DNA of 64,000 bases, taken from the IMG/VR virus record IMGVR_UViG_2700989044_000001, positions 11,683-75,682 of that record. One strand, written 5' to 3'. Positions 19,429 through 27,969 of this stretch are shown in pieces (the stretch's first letter is position 1; each line of letters opens with the position of its first letter). Made by a program: the position numbers and the translations under genes. Source of the stretch: a virus (lineage: Duplodnaviria > Heunggongvirae > Uroviricota > Caudoviricetes). Under the pieces are notes generated by a model. That model made no database searches. It was given only the letters and a program-made list of their open reading frames with translations, and was not told where the DNA came from.

Positions 19429-20082
19429 ATGTTAGAGAATAAAAATGAGGAAGAATTAATAGCAATAAAAGATAAATACTTAGATGAAGTACGAGATTTA
19501 CAAAGATTAATAGATGAAAAGAGAAAATCAATAAGAGAAATTGATGAACAATTACAAAGAAAACACGTTTGGTATGTCTATGATGTAGTTAGCACTATGT
19601 TAGAGCAATTAGAATTAAACAAGAATAGAATTTCTGATAATTCTTATTGGCTTTTACAAAGAGAAATAAAATCATTGTTATTAACTAATGCTACTGATAG
19701 TAAATTTTATAAACGTGGGAAAATAGTTAAGAATATTTATTTTAATTTCAAAAGCTTAATTGTAATGAAATTGTCAGAATATGATTTAATTACTAAAAGA
19801 TTTACCTATAGTCCTGTTTATAGATTTCAATTTAGTTTTGATGAGTTAAATAATAAAATTGATAGAAAATTCACATCTAATATTTTTTCAAAGCATTCAA
19901 AAAGGTTTTGTGATTTCGTTGTACCAATTGAGAATTTATCAGGTATGAATAAAGAAGTAATTAAATTAACAAAATCAAAGTATGATGATTATAAAGATAT
20001 TATGAATGATATAATATTGGTTACGCAATATATTGAGAATGAAATGGAAGCTAGATTTTTAGCTTGCAAATTGAATCAATAA
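19429..20082 (+). CDS. hypothetical protein
   Basis: ORF abutting previous stop. Confidence 0.4.
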   Translation: MLENKNEEELIAIKDKYLDEVRDLQRLIDEKRKSIREIDEQLQRKHVWYVYDVVSTMLEQLELNKNRISDNSYWLLQREIKSLLLTNATDSKFYKRGKIVKNIYFNFKSLIVMKLSEYDLITKRFTYSPVYRFQFSFDELNNKIDRKFTSNIFSKHSKRFCDFVVPIENLSGMNKEVIKLTKSKYDDYKDIMNDIILVTQYIENEMEARFLACKLNQ

Positions 20083-20094
20083 AAGGGTGATTAA

Positions 20095-20616
20095 ATGGCT
20101 AGAAAAAACATTAAAGTAGATTTTGGTTATCAGGAAGACAATACATTTAAGGGATCTGTTTTTATAGTTGATAAGTTTGAAGATTCTATCAATTGTCATT
20201 TAGAAAGAATTATTAAAACATTAGATGAAAGAGATTTTGAAAAAGTTGTCTTATACCCTTTACATGAAAATACATTAAAAAGAATGAATATAGATGTAAG
20301 TAAAAAATATTTTTCAAGGTTAGATGACTTGGAAAATTTAGTTAGTAATGTTAAAACATATATTCCAGTTAGTATAGATAAATTAGATGGAAAAAGAAAG
20401 AAATACACTCCATTGGATTTTATTTTAAATCACTTAACTGAAAAACATAAAAAACCATATTTTGTTTGTCTATCAAAAGATATTGCTAATAAATTTGCAA
20501 GTTATTCTTCGTTCGATACTTGGATTAAAGAAGTTAGATTAATAATAGCTGAAGATGTTACATTAGCTTTACACAAAAATTTAGAGAAAAATTCAAAAAG
20601 AATTGAATTTATTTGA
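20095..20616 (+). CDS. hypothetical protein
   Basis: ORF after AAAGGGTGA. Confidence 0.4.
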   Translation: MARKNIKVDFGYQEDNTFKGSVFIVDKFEDSINCHLERIIKTLDERDFEKVVLYPLHENTLKRMNIDVSKKYFSRLDDLENLVSNVKTYIPVSIDKLDGKRKKYTPLDFILNHLTEKHKKPYFVCLSKDIANKFASYSSFDTWIKEVRLIIAEDVTLALHKNLEKNSKRIEFI

Positions 20617-20718
20617 AATGGGAATATTTATATTTATTCCCATTCTTTTTTATTTTATTTAAATTTAGTTCACTATATAATAATAATATTAACTATAGGA
20701 GTTGAAAGGAGAATTAAA

Positions 20719-21111
20719 GTGGAATGGTTGAATGAACCGGATTTTCTGGAATGGGATTTTCATAATATGCATTGTTTGATAATAAGAAATGATCTTGGAG
20801 TTCTTTGTGGATATGTAGGTATAAGCAAAGAACACGAATTGTATCAAACTAATTATTGTAAGTTTAAAGTTCACGGAGGTATTTCTTTTACTGGTAATGA
20901 TGTGGCGGGAATGAAAGGAGATTTATTTTATTTTGGATTTGATTGTGCTCGCGCCAGAGATTTAATTCCAAAATTTGAAACATTTAATATTAATTTTATT
21001 GATGATGGAGGGTTTAAAACTTATAGAAATATAGAATACGTAAAAGAACATGTAAAAAATCTTGCATATCAATTGCATTATAGAACTTATATTATTGACG
21101 AGTTGTTGTAG
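20719..21111 (+). CDS. hypothetical protein
   Basis: GTG start after AAGGAG. Confidence 0.4.
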   Translation: MEWLNEPDFLEWDFHNMHCLIIRNDLGVLCGYVGISKEHELYQTNYCKFKVHGGISFTGNDVAGMKGDLFYFGFDCARARDLIPKFETFNINFIDDGGFKTYRNIEYVKEHVKNLAYQLHYRTYIIDELL

Positions 21112-21121
21112 GGGGTATTTT

Positions 21122-21424
21122 ATGTCATCATTCGAACATATTACTATTTGTCCAATATGTCAATCTGAATTAAGCAAACAAATATGGACTGGTGAAGGAT
21201 GGTTAGAAGAACTATATTTAAGGTGTGAGAATAAATGTTTTTATTACAGCTTCTCATATGGAGATACTAGAATTAGTGTTTTTGATAAAGAGGTAGAGTA
21301 TAGTTATAATGAAAAAGATAAGAGTGGTAAAGAAAAAATAGTTGAAAAAATGATTAAATATTGGAAAGAAAATGATAGATATTTAGCTAAGTTGATAAAG
21401 GGGATTAGTGATGAAGAAAGTTGA
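21122..21424 (+). CDS. zinc-ribbon paralog E (YWKENDRYLAK motif)
   Basis: ATG after GGGGGT (ORF-track 21062 start is an overlapping extension); CPICQS...C and IKYWKENDRYLAKLIKG. Confidence 0.5.
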   Translation: MSSFEHITICPICQSELSKQIWTGEGWLEELYLRCENKCFYYSFSYGDTRISVFDKEVEYSYNEKDKSGKEKIVEKMIKYWKENDRYLAKLIKGISDEES

Positions 21425-21608
21425 AGAATATACAGAAATAATGTGGGAAGTAGTATTTTTAGATTCAAAGGGTAAACTAATTGACCTTTGGGGAAACACT
21501 GAAAATGAAGATGAAATAGAACTTTTAAAAGAAAGAGCTATGAAAAAGGGGTATGATTGTATGGAAGTTAGTAAAATAACAAAAGAAGCAAAGAGATATA
21601 AATTATAA
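21408..21608 (+). CDS. hypothetical protein
   Basis: ORF only. Confidence 0.35.
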   Translation: MMKKVEEYTEIMWEVVFLDSKGKLIDLWGNTENEDEIELLKERAMKKGYDCMEVSKITKEAKRYKL

Positions 21609-21659
21609 TTTTAAACGTATATCTAACTGCCAGACAAAAAAGAAAGAAGGTAGATAGAT

Positions 21660-22073
21660 ATGATGAATTTCATAAAGAAATCACTTGGATTATTAAATGC
21701 CGCCGAGGGATTTATTCATATTTTTATTGCATGTATCGGGTTTTGGGGAATTTTCGCTACAGGCATTTATGATTGGAGAATTATTTCAGCGCCAGCTATT
21801 AATTTAGTTCTTGGAGTGTTTTCAATTTTTACAGGATACATTTTATTATACGATAAGGTTGGCATACTGAAAAAGATATTAGCAATTTTAAACACTCTTG
21901 AGGGTATTATCCATATAGTTGTAGCTCTTATTGGTTATTGGGGAATTTTTGCATATATGGTATTTGATTGGAGAATTTGGGCTACGCCAACAGAGCACTT
22001 ATTTTTTGGGTTATTCTCAATTTTAACGGGATATATACTTGGTAAAAATCACCATCACCATCATCACCATTAA
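21660..22073 (+). CDS. membrane protein with internal tandem duplication and C-terminal His7
   Basis: Two ~60-aa repeats each with two TM helices (…GFWGIFATGIYDWRI… / …GYWGIFAYMVFDWRI…); ends KNHHHHHHH. Confidence 0.5.
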   Translation: MMNFIKKSLGLLNAAEGFIHIFIACIGFWGIFATGIYDWRIISAPAINLVLGVFSIFTGYILLYDKVGILKKILAILNTLEGIIHIVVALIGYWGIFAYMVFDWRIWATPTEHLFFGLFSILTGYILGKNHHHHHHH

Positions 22074-22083
22074 ATCAAATAGA

Positions 22084-22122
22084 AGGTAGAAAAGGTAAAA
22101 TATCTTTTTCTACCTTTTTTTA
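22084..22122 (+). terminator. rho-independent terminator
   Basis: AGGTAGAAAA...TTTTCTACCT hairpin followed by T7. Confidence 0.7.
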
Positions 22123-22211
22123 ATTTCTGTTTAAACTATCATCATTAAATAATTAATATATAGTATATGACATTAAAGAATCGAAACAATAAATATGGGG
22201 AGAGTGAAATT

Positions 22212-22403
22212 ATGGCAAGAAAAATTAAAATCATTCGTAGAGCCGACATTGAGAAAGAGTATGAAAGAATGTTGAAATTAGAGTTGGATTATGAATTAGC
22301 TTCTTTGTTTTCCGCAATGAATGAAAAAAATGAAGTTGACATTGAAAAAAGCAAAAAACGTCTAACTGAAATACAAATGGATTTAGAAAGTTTAAAAGTT
22401 TAG
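22212..22403 (+). CDS. hypothetical protein
   Basis: ATG after GGGGAGAGTG. Confidence 0.4.
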   Translation: MARKIKIIRRADIEKEYERMLKLELDYELASLFSAMNEKNEVDIEKSKKRLTEIQMDLESLKV

Positions 22404-22414
22404 AAGGTGAAAAT

Positions 22415-22834
22415 ATGTGGGTAGATCCAAAAAGTTTAGAAGAAAATAAAGTGTTGATTAGCACTCTATTATCTGAACTTGATAAAGGCAATAATAAGAG
22501 AGCTAAGAAACTCGTAGATCATTTACTTGAAAAGAATTGGACAGTTAATATTAATTACATTGAACAAGAAAAAAAGAAAAGAAAAATCAAAAACTTAGAT
22601 GTTGATTTTGAAGCTATACTCTTAGGTAAATTCAAGGGTGACTATCATTTAACTACAAAGTGTAAGAAATACGTAGTAAGAATAACTAGTCAGAGGGCTG
22701 TCTTTTGGAAAATGGAAAAGTGGGTTAAATTAGGGGAATTTTTATTTGAAGATATTGAATTAACAGAAAAAGGCATTAAAGTTGGAATTGTAAAGATAGA
22801 GGTAGATGACAATGAACAAGAAACGGGAAGTTGA
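22415..22834 (+). CDS. hypothetical protein
   Basis: ORF after GAAGGTGA. Confidence 0.4.
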   Translation: MWVDPKSLEENKVLISTLLSELDKGNNKRAKKLVDHLLEKNWTVNINYIEQEKKKRKIKNLDVDFEAILLGKFKGDYHLTTKCKKYVVRITSQRAVFWKMEKWVKLGEFLFEDIELTEKGIKVGIVKIEVDDNEQETGS

Positions 22835-23144
22835 ATTGATATTAGAAAAGAAAAATCCTAATTTCTTCGAAATCTATTTTTTTGCTAAAAAGTTTAAATT
22901 GCCGCAAAAGAAATATGATACTTATCCCCATATTCATATGAATAATAAGACAAATGATGTTATGGTTGATTTTAATATACTTCTTACAGTTTCTTATAGA
23001 GAGAGTTCAAATATATACCGCATTTTTGGTGGAACATTTAGTCTTGCATATCCAAGTGAAGTATCTAGAGAAGAACTTGATTTTTGGTTACCTAGACTAG
23101 TTATTGAAAGTGAAAAATTTATTTTAAAAAATAATCTTAGTTAG
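22806..23144 (+). CDS. hypothetical protein
   Basis: ORF after GAGGTAGA. Confidence 0.4.
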   Translation: MTMNKKREVELILEKKNPNFFEIYFFAKKFKLPQKKYDTYPHIHMNNKTNDVMVDFNILLTVSYRESSNIYRIFGGTFSLAYPSEVSREELDFWLPRLVIESEKFILKNNLS

Positions 23145-23152
23145 GAGAAAGT

Positions 23153-23386
23153 ATGATGTCTTTAATAACAGAAATCAATATTAAAGTAACTGGTGACTAT
23201 TTACGAGGGACAATTAAAAATGATAAGTATTTAACTAATAATCTTATCTTACCACCAAGTATGGAAAGAAATAAACCGGAATTTGGATTAAATGTTATGC
23301 AAATAAGAAACATTATTAAAGAGTTAGAAGAATTAGCAGATTTAATGGATAGTTCAAATATAGCAAATACGTTAAAAAATAATTAA
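23153..23386 (+). CDS. hypothetical protein
   Basis: ORF after AGGAGAAAG. Confidence 0.4.
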   Translation: MMSLITEINIKVTGDYLRGTIKNDKYLTNNLILPPSMERNKPEFGLNVMQIRNIIKELEELADLMDSSNIANTLKNN

Positions 23387-23395
23387 ATTATTTTA

Positions 23396-23430
23396 AAAGG
23401 GACAATAAAAATTGTCTCTTTTTTTATTTT
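23396..23430 (+). terminator. rho-independent terminator
   Basis: GGGACAAT-AAAA-ATTGTCTC followed by T7. Confidence 0.7.
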
Positions 23431-23498
23431 TTGTAATAAATCTCGTTAATTAAGTCTATTCTTTTATATAGTGGAACCAAATAGGAGGATTTATAGAT

Positions 23499-24632
23499 AT
23501 GAAACGTTTAGTAAAAGCTGAACAACAGAGTAGTACTATCAAATTAATGCATGGTACATCTAGTAAATTAGCTGAATCTATTTTTGAAAACGGTCTTTTA
23601 CCGCAAGGATTGACTGATACAAAAATGTTTAATTATAGTGATTATGGTAGAGAAGGCGACGCAAGACATATTGAATGCGTATATTTAACTGATGATTTAG
23701 AAAATGCTGTTAGATACGCTAACAATGCTGTTAAACATAAGGGAGGATTTCCTTTAATTTTCGAAGTGGAAGTTGAGAAATCTGCTTTAACATGGGATGA
23801 CGATGCTTTTTATAAAAACTATGGCGATTTTGATTTTGGAGAAAAAGATGAAGAGTCTGGTACTTGGATCAAAAAACCATCTAAGCAATTGTGGGAACAA
23901 TCATTAACTATCAATAATCAATGTGCTCATTATGGCAAAATTGAAAGAGACAGTTTTAAAAGAATTAACTTAAATTCAAAATGGATCAATATTTATAATT
24001 TTATTAGAATTTACAATAGCTACGATAAGATGAATTTAAAACCAGAGTTGTTAAAAGAAAAAGAAGAATATTACTACAAAGAATTTAGTTTAGAAATAGA
24101 CGATAATTTAAAATTAATGGCTTCGATTATTGACAGAAATATATTTTTGTACAATTTAGAAATCGTAAAATCGCTTGATAAATTCGAAAAACAAGCTTTT
24201 TCATTGATCTTAATGGAATTTTTAAAGGACAATTTGAAAGAATTTGGAGCTAAAATTTTCTATACTTCAGATTTTAAATCATTAAATTTCAATCCAAAAA
24301 TTTCTAGTTTAAACTACGCTTTTGGTAGATTTGAAATAAATAGTTTAGAAAGCATACTTGATCACGTACAATTACGAATTCAACGTATGGATGAAGACTC
24401 TATAATGATGTCGAAGATAGTTAATTGCGAAGCTTCTGAAGAAGAATTTGACTTAATTTATGAGTATAGCATTGATTTCTCTGGAGATTTAATCGAATTC
24501 TGCGAAAAATCTTTACAAATGGATAATGATTCTATTCTTGATGTTTTAAAAAGAGTTAAACATCAGTATAACGATGCGTATAACGAGTTAGATGCTGAAA
24601 TCGAATACTTATTGTATAGAGATCATAAATGA
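23499..24632 (+). CDS. ADP-ribosyltransferase-fold protein (PARP/Tpt1-like NAD-binding lobe) with MKRLVK leader and ~270-aa C-terminal extension
   Basis: LMHGTSSKLAESIFENGLLPQGL...CVYLTDDLENAVRYA...FEVEVE resembles the HGT-GLLP-VHLSxDxExA pattern of KptA/Tpt1 and the H-Y-E lobes of PARPs; RBS AATAGGAGGA. Confidence 0.5.
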   Translation: MKRLVKAEQQSSTIKLMHGTSSKLAESIFENGLLPQGLTDTKMFNYSDYGREGDARHIECVYLTDDLENAVRYANNAVKHKGGFPLIFEVEVEKSALTWDDDAFYKNYGDFDFGEKDEESGTWIKKPSKQLWEQSLTINNQCAHYGKIERDSFKRINLNSKWINIYNFIRIYNSYDKMNLKPELLKEKEEYYYKEFSLEIDDNLKLMASIIDRNIFLYNLEIVKSLDKFEKQAFSLILMEFLKDNLKEFGAKIFYTSDFKSLNFNPKISSLNYAFGRFEINSLESILDHVQLRIQRMDEDSIMMSKIVNCEASEEEFDLIYEYSIDFSGDLIEFCEKSLQMDNDSILDVLKRVKHQYNDAYNELDAEIEYLLYRDHK

Positions 24633-25253
24633 TTTGAAAATCTTAAATGGTTGATTTCTCCCAGTTTCTTTATTAGTTTGACATGCTATTAGATTATTAT
24701 TTAAGTAAGCTAATAAAATGCTCTATGAAATAAATGGTGAGAAGGATAAATTATTGAAAACCTCTAGAAAGTCATCTAGAAATTTAGATTTTTAAAATGA
24801 AATAGTTTGGAAATGATTTGATTAATGAAATTGAAATGTTAACTCTGTATTCACTAATTTCAGTCCATGATTCACAGAGTGCAGCTATAAATATAATTAA
24901 TATTATTTATATTAGATTAATAAAAATAAGATATATAAAAATAAAAAGATATAAGAGATATGTTAGTGCTGCGCACACATTCTCTTCTTTTTATTTATTT
25001 TTAAAACATACTGATTTTTAATGAGTTATCAGTACTGAAAACCGTATCTAGAGATTATTTATTAGTGACATAATTTTAATTAGATACGCTTTTCTTTATA
25101 TTTTTATGTTTATTAATGTATCATTAAAAAAACAACCTCAGATTGAAGATTTATGTATTTAAAAAGTAGTCAAGAAGATTGTTGTTTATCTACTTTTTTG
25201 TTAATGAATTTACGTATTCCCATTAAAATATAAAATGGGAGGTTGGTTAAGTG

Positions 25254-26141
25254 ATGAATTCTAATTTTTTCGATGAAGTCCATGATTTTCAAAGGTTTGT
25301 AAGACAAAATGTAAAATTGTTGGGTAACTATTTAATTATTTCAGAACAATTATATATGAGAAATGATGAAACTGGAATACTTGATATGTTAGCCGTTGAT
25401 AATGATTCTAAAGTATTAACTATTATTGAAATTAAAAATGATATCACAACTGATAAAAATGTTTGGCAACCCATTCGTTATTACGATCTCGCTAAAAGAG
25501 GTGAAGATGATCTTAGAGAACTTCTTGTAAAGGCTTCCTCTAAATTTGATTATGATATACAGGAAATTGATTTAACTCCAAAATTATTGTTAGTGGTGCC
25601 TAAATGTAATTCTCAGCTGTTAAGAACTTTATCGTATTTTGGAGACATAGATTCAGAAGTTATTGAATTAACAAGAGATGTTAAAAAATATGGTGTTGAA
25701 ATAAAGAAAGAGAGTTATAAGCCGAGATCAATTTTTCACAAAGATGATCTAGTAAATGTACAAAAGAAGATTTCCCAAGAATGGAGTTTTGATGAATATT
25801 TAAAACACGGAATCAATAGTGATAAAGTTAATTTAGCAAAGAGAATATCTACTCAAATTCAATATCTTTTCAATGAGAAAGACATTAAATTTGATATATT
25901 CTTTAGTGAAACGAAAATTACGATAACTAAAGATAAAAAAGTTTGGTTACATCTTTTTATTAAGAATAGGATACTTGATAATAAATTGACTATATCTTTT
26001 AAAACTCATAAAGATTGTGTTATTAATAAAAATGATTTTATATATAATTCATCAATAGAATCATTCACTATTCAGAAGAGCAGTATAAAGTTAACATTAA
26101 TAGAAGCTTTATCACTAAATGTATTTGAACGATATTTATGA
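25254..26141 (+). CDS. PD-(D/E)xK nuclease family protein (NucS/DUF91-like)
   Basis: GILDMLAVDNDSKVLTIIEIKND matches the G-IDLLA-D...IE-K nuclease core; RBS GGGAGGTTGG. Confidence 0.5.
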   Translation: MNSNFFDEVHDFQRFVRQNVKLLGNYLIISEQLYMRNDETGILDMLAVDNDSKVLTIIEIKNDITTDKNVWQPIRYYDLAKRGEDDLRELLVKASSKFDYDIQEIDLTPKLLLVVPKCNSQLLRTLSYFGDIDSEVIELTRDVKKYGVEIKKESYKPRSIFHKDDLVNVQKKISQEWSFDEYLKHGINSDKVNLAKRISTQIQYLFNEKDIKFDIFFSETKITITKDKKVWLHLFIKNRILDNKLTISFKTHKDCVINKNDFIYNSSIESFTIQKSSIKLTLIEALSLNVFERYL

Positions 26142-26156
26142 AAGAGGTGTTTATTT

Positions 26157-26684
26157 ATGCCAATGAAAGCAAGAAAAATAACAACAACTGAGCTACGCTC
26201 AAAAACAATTGAAACACTAGAAGAAAGAGGTATTACACTTCACGATATTGCTGAAATTGTAGTCACTATCCAAAAGAGATATTCTCCAGATTTAACTATC
26301 GATGTGGCTATTCACAACATCTTAAGAGTCTTGCAAAAGAGAGAAGTATGCAATGCTATTTTAACAGGGTTAGCACTTGATAAATTAGCAGAACAAAATC
26401 TTTTACCCTCTCCAATACAAGAAATTATCATGTCAGATGAACCACTATATGGCATAGATGAAGTTATACCACTTTCTATTATTAATATCTATGGTACAAT
26501 TGGTTTTACTAGTTTTGGTTACTTAGATAAAGAAAAAATTGGTATCATTAAGAAGTTGGATGAAATGGAAGACACTGTTCATACTTTTGCTGATGACATT
26601 GTGTGTGCTATCGCAGCAGCTGCTGCAAGCCGAGTTGCTCATAGAAGTAGAGATATTGAGGATAATGTAGAAAAAGGTAGCTAA
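26157..26684 (+). CDS. hypothetical protein
   Basis: ORF after AAGAGGTG. Confidence 0.4.
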   Translation: MPMKARKITTTELRSKTIETLEERGITLHDIAEIVVTIQKRYSPDLTIDVAIHNILRVLQKREVCNAILTGLALDKLAEQNLLPSPIQEIIMSDEPLYGIDEVIPLSIINIYGTIGFTSFGYLDKEKIGIIKKLDEMEDTVHTFADDIVCAIAAAAASRVAHRSRDIEDNVEKGS

Positions 26685-26764
26685 TTTTTTTTAAAAAAAA
26701 AATGATTATATTTTTTAAAAGGGTTCTTATATTCATCATGAATAACTCATGAAGGAGATTTACG

Positions 26765-27220
26765 ATGAAGAAATTTTCTAGGTTACAGAAAAAAGCAGCT
26801 GGAGTTCCAGTTGAGAATCTATTAAATGATTTAAGTCAAAAAGGTTTAGATGCAAGTGCTGAAGGCGAAAAGATAACTGTAAGAAATGGTAACATTGAAG
26901 ATTTTGCAGAAGTTTTGAAAAAATATAGAATGTTAGACGAGTATGGTTTCTTTTTGTATGGTGGTTTCCAATCAGATGGGACAGTTCTTATTTCAAATGA
27001 AGAAGTAAAAGATGCTGAGGTTCTTTTTACTTATTCTTACAATGGGTATGTTGATGTAGATTACACAGCGGATGAGCTTTTTAATCATCAAAGTATACAA
27101 CTAAAAAGATTGGCGAGTAACTTTAATAAAGTTTTTGCTAATTTGGGTAATTGTGTATTTGCATTCCAAGATACAGAAATAGAATTCTTTGAGTTAAGTC
27201 GTATGATTAATCCATCTTAA
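26765..27220 (+). CDS. hypothetical protein
   Basis: ORF after GAAGGAGATT. Confidence 0.4.
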   Translation: MKKFSRLQKKAAGVPVENLLNDLSQKGLDASAEGEKITVRNGNIEDFAEVLKKYRMLDEYGFFLYGGFQSDGTVLISNEEVKDAEVLFTYSYNGYVDVDYTADELFNHQSIQLKRLASNFNKVFANLGNCVFAFQDTEIEFFELSRMINPS

Positions 27221-27230
27221 CAAAAGTAAA

Positions 27231-27258
27231 AAGAAGAGAATAACTCTTCTTTTTTTAT
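27231..27258 (+). terminator. rho-independent terminator
   Basis: AAGAAGAGAATAACTCTTCTT hairpin followed by T7. Confidence 0.7.
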
Positions 27259-27340
27259 TCACTAAAACTCATATGAAGTTCCGTTAAAAATAAACTGGCT
27301 TGTTTATATAATAAAAATATCACAGGAGGTAAAAGACAAG

Positions 27341-27949
27341 ATGAAAAAGAGACTTTTAAAGAAAATTTCAGCGCCTTCTTTAGAAAGAATCTTACCAGGT
27401 TACCCTAATGATTTCATACATTCTGAAAAAGGTTTAGAAATAGTTAATGTTGATGATATTATTGGTATGAGTTTTAGCAGAGCTGATGAATATGATGATA
27501 ACTTTCAACCTATTGGCGAACCAGATGATAGATGGAAAAGTTTACATGATAGAGCTTTACAGGAAGGTAATTTAGACTTCGCAGGACCTATCCATTTAGT
27601 TCAACAAAGTGGTGATAATAAGTATTATGTTTATGATGATGGTAACCATAGGCTTTCAGTTGCTAAATTTCTCAATATCCCAACTCTTCAAGCTGTAGTT
27701 ACGGTTTTGATTCCTAAAAACGATGAAATCGAAGCTGAAATAGAAGGAATAATGAAAGAAATAAAAAAACAAGAATCAATATTGAATCAACTAACAAAAG
27801 AGCAAAATAATCTATGGAATGATGATTTATCTTTAGATGAAATTAATTTAAAGGTAGATGAAATAGAAGAAAAGAAAAAACCATTGTATGAAACGATAGA
27901 TAATCTTTGGCTTAAATTAACAAATTATCAAAATAATTTAATAAATTAA
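27341..27949 (+). CDS. ParB/Srx-like nuclease domain protein with MKKRLLKK leader and C-terminal coiled coil
   Basis: DDGNHRLSVAKF matches the DGxHR..A ParB-N motif; RBS ACAGGAGGTAAAA. Confidence 0.5.
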   Translation: MKKRLLKKISAPSLERILPGYPNDFIHSEKGLEIVNVDDIIGMSFSRADEYDDNFQPIGEPDDRWKSLHDRALQEGNLDFAGPIHLVQQSGDNKYYVYDDGNHRLSVAKFLNIPTLQAVVTVLIPKNDEIEAEIEGIMKEIKKQESILNQLTKEQNNLWNDDLSLDEINLKVDEIEEKKKPLYETIDNLWLKLTNYQNNLIN

Positions 27950-27969
27950 AAGATTGGAGATTTTAAATA

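Noticed and set aside
22046-22073. His7 tail as evidence of an engineered His-tagged construct or vector contamination
   Set aside because: Flanking sequence is contiguous native phage DNA with a native terminator. There are no vector, linker or protease-site sequences. It is retained as an unusual natural feature and not an artefact.
24818-25021. 67-aa ORF in the AT-rich intergenic region
   Set aside because: The translation is Ile/Lys/Tyr low complexity typical of random AT-rich DNA. There is no RBS. The region is more likely regulatory.
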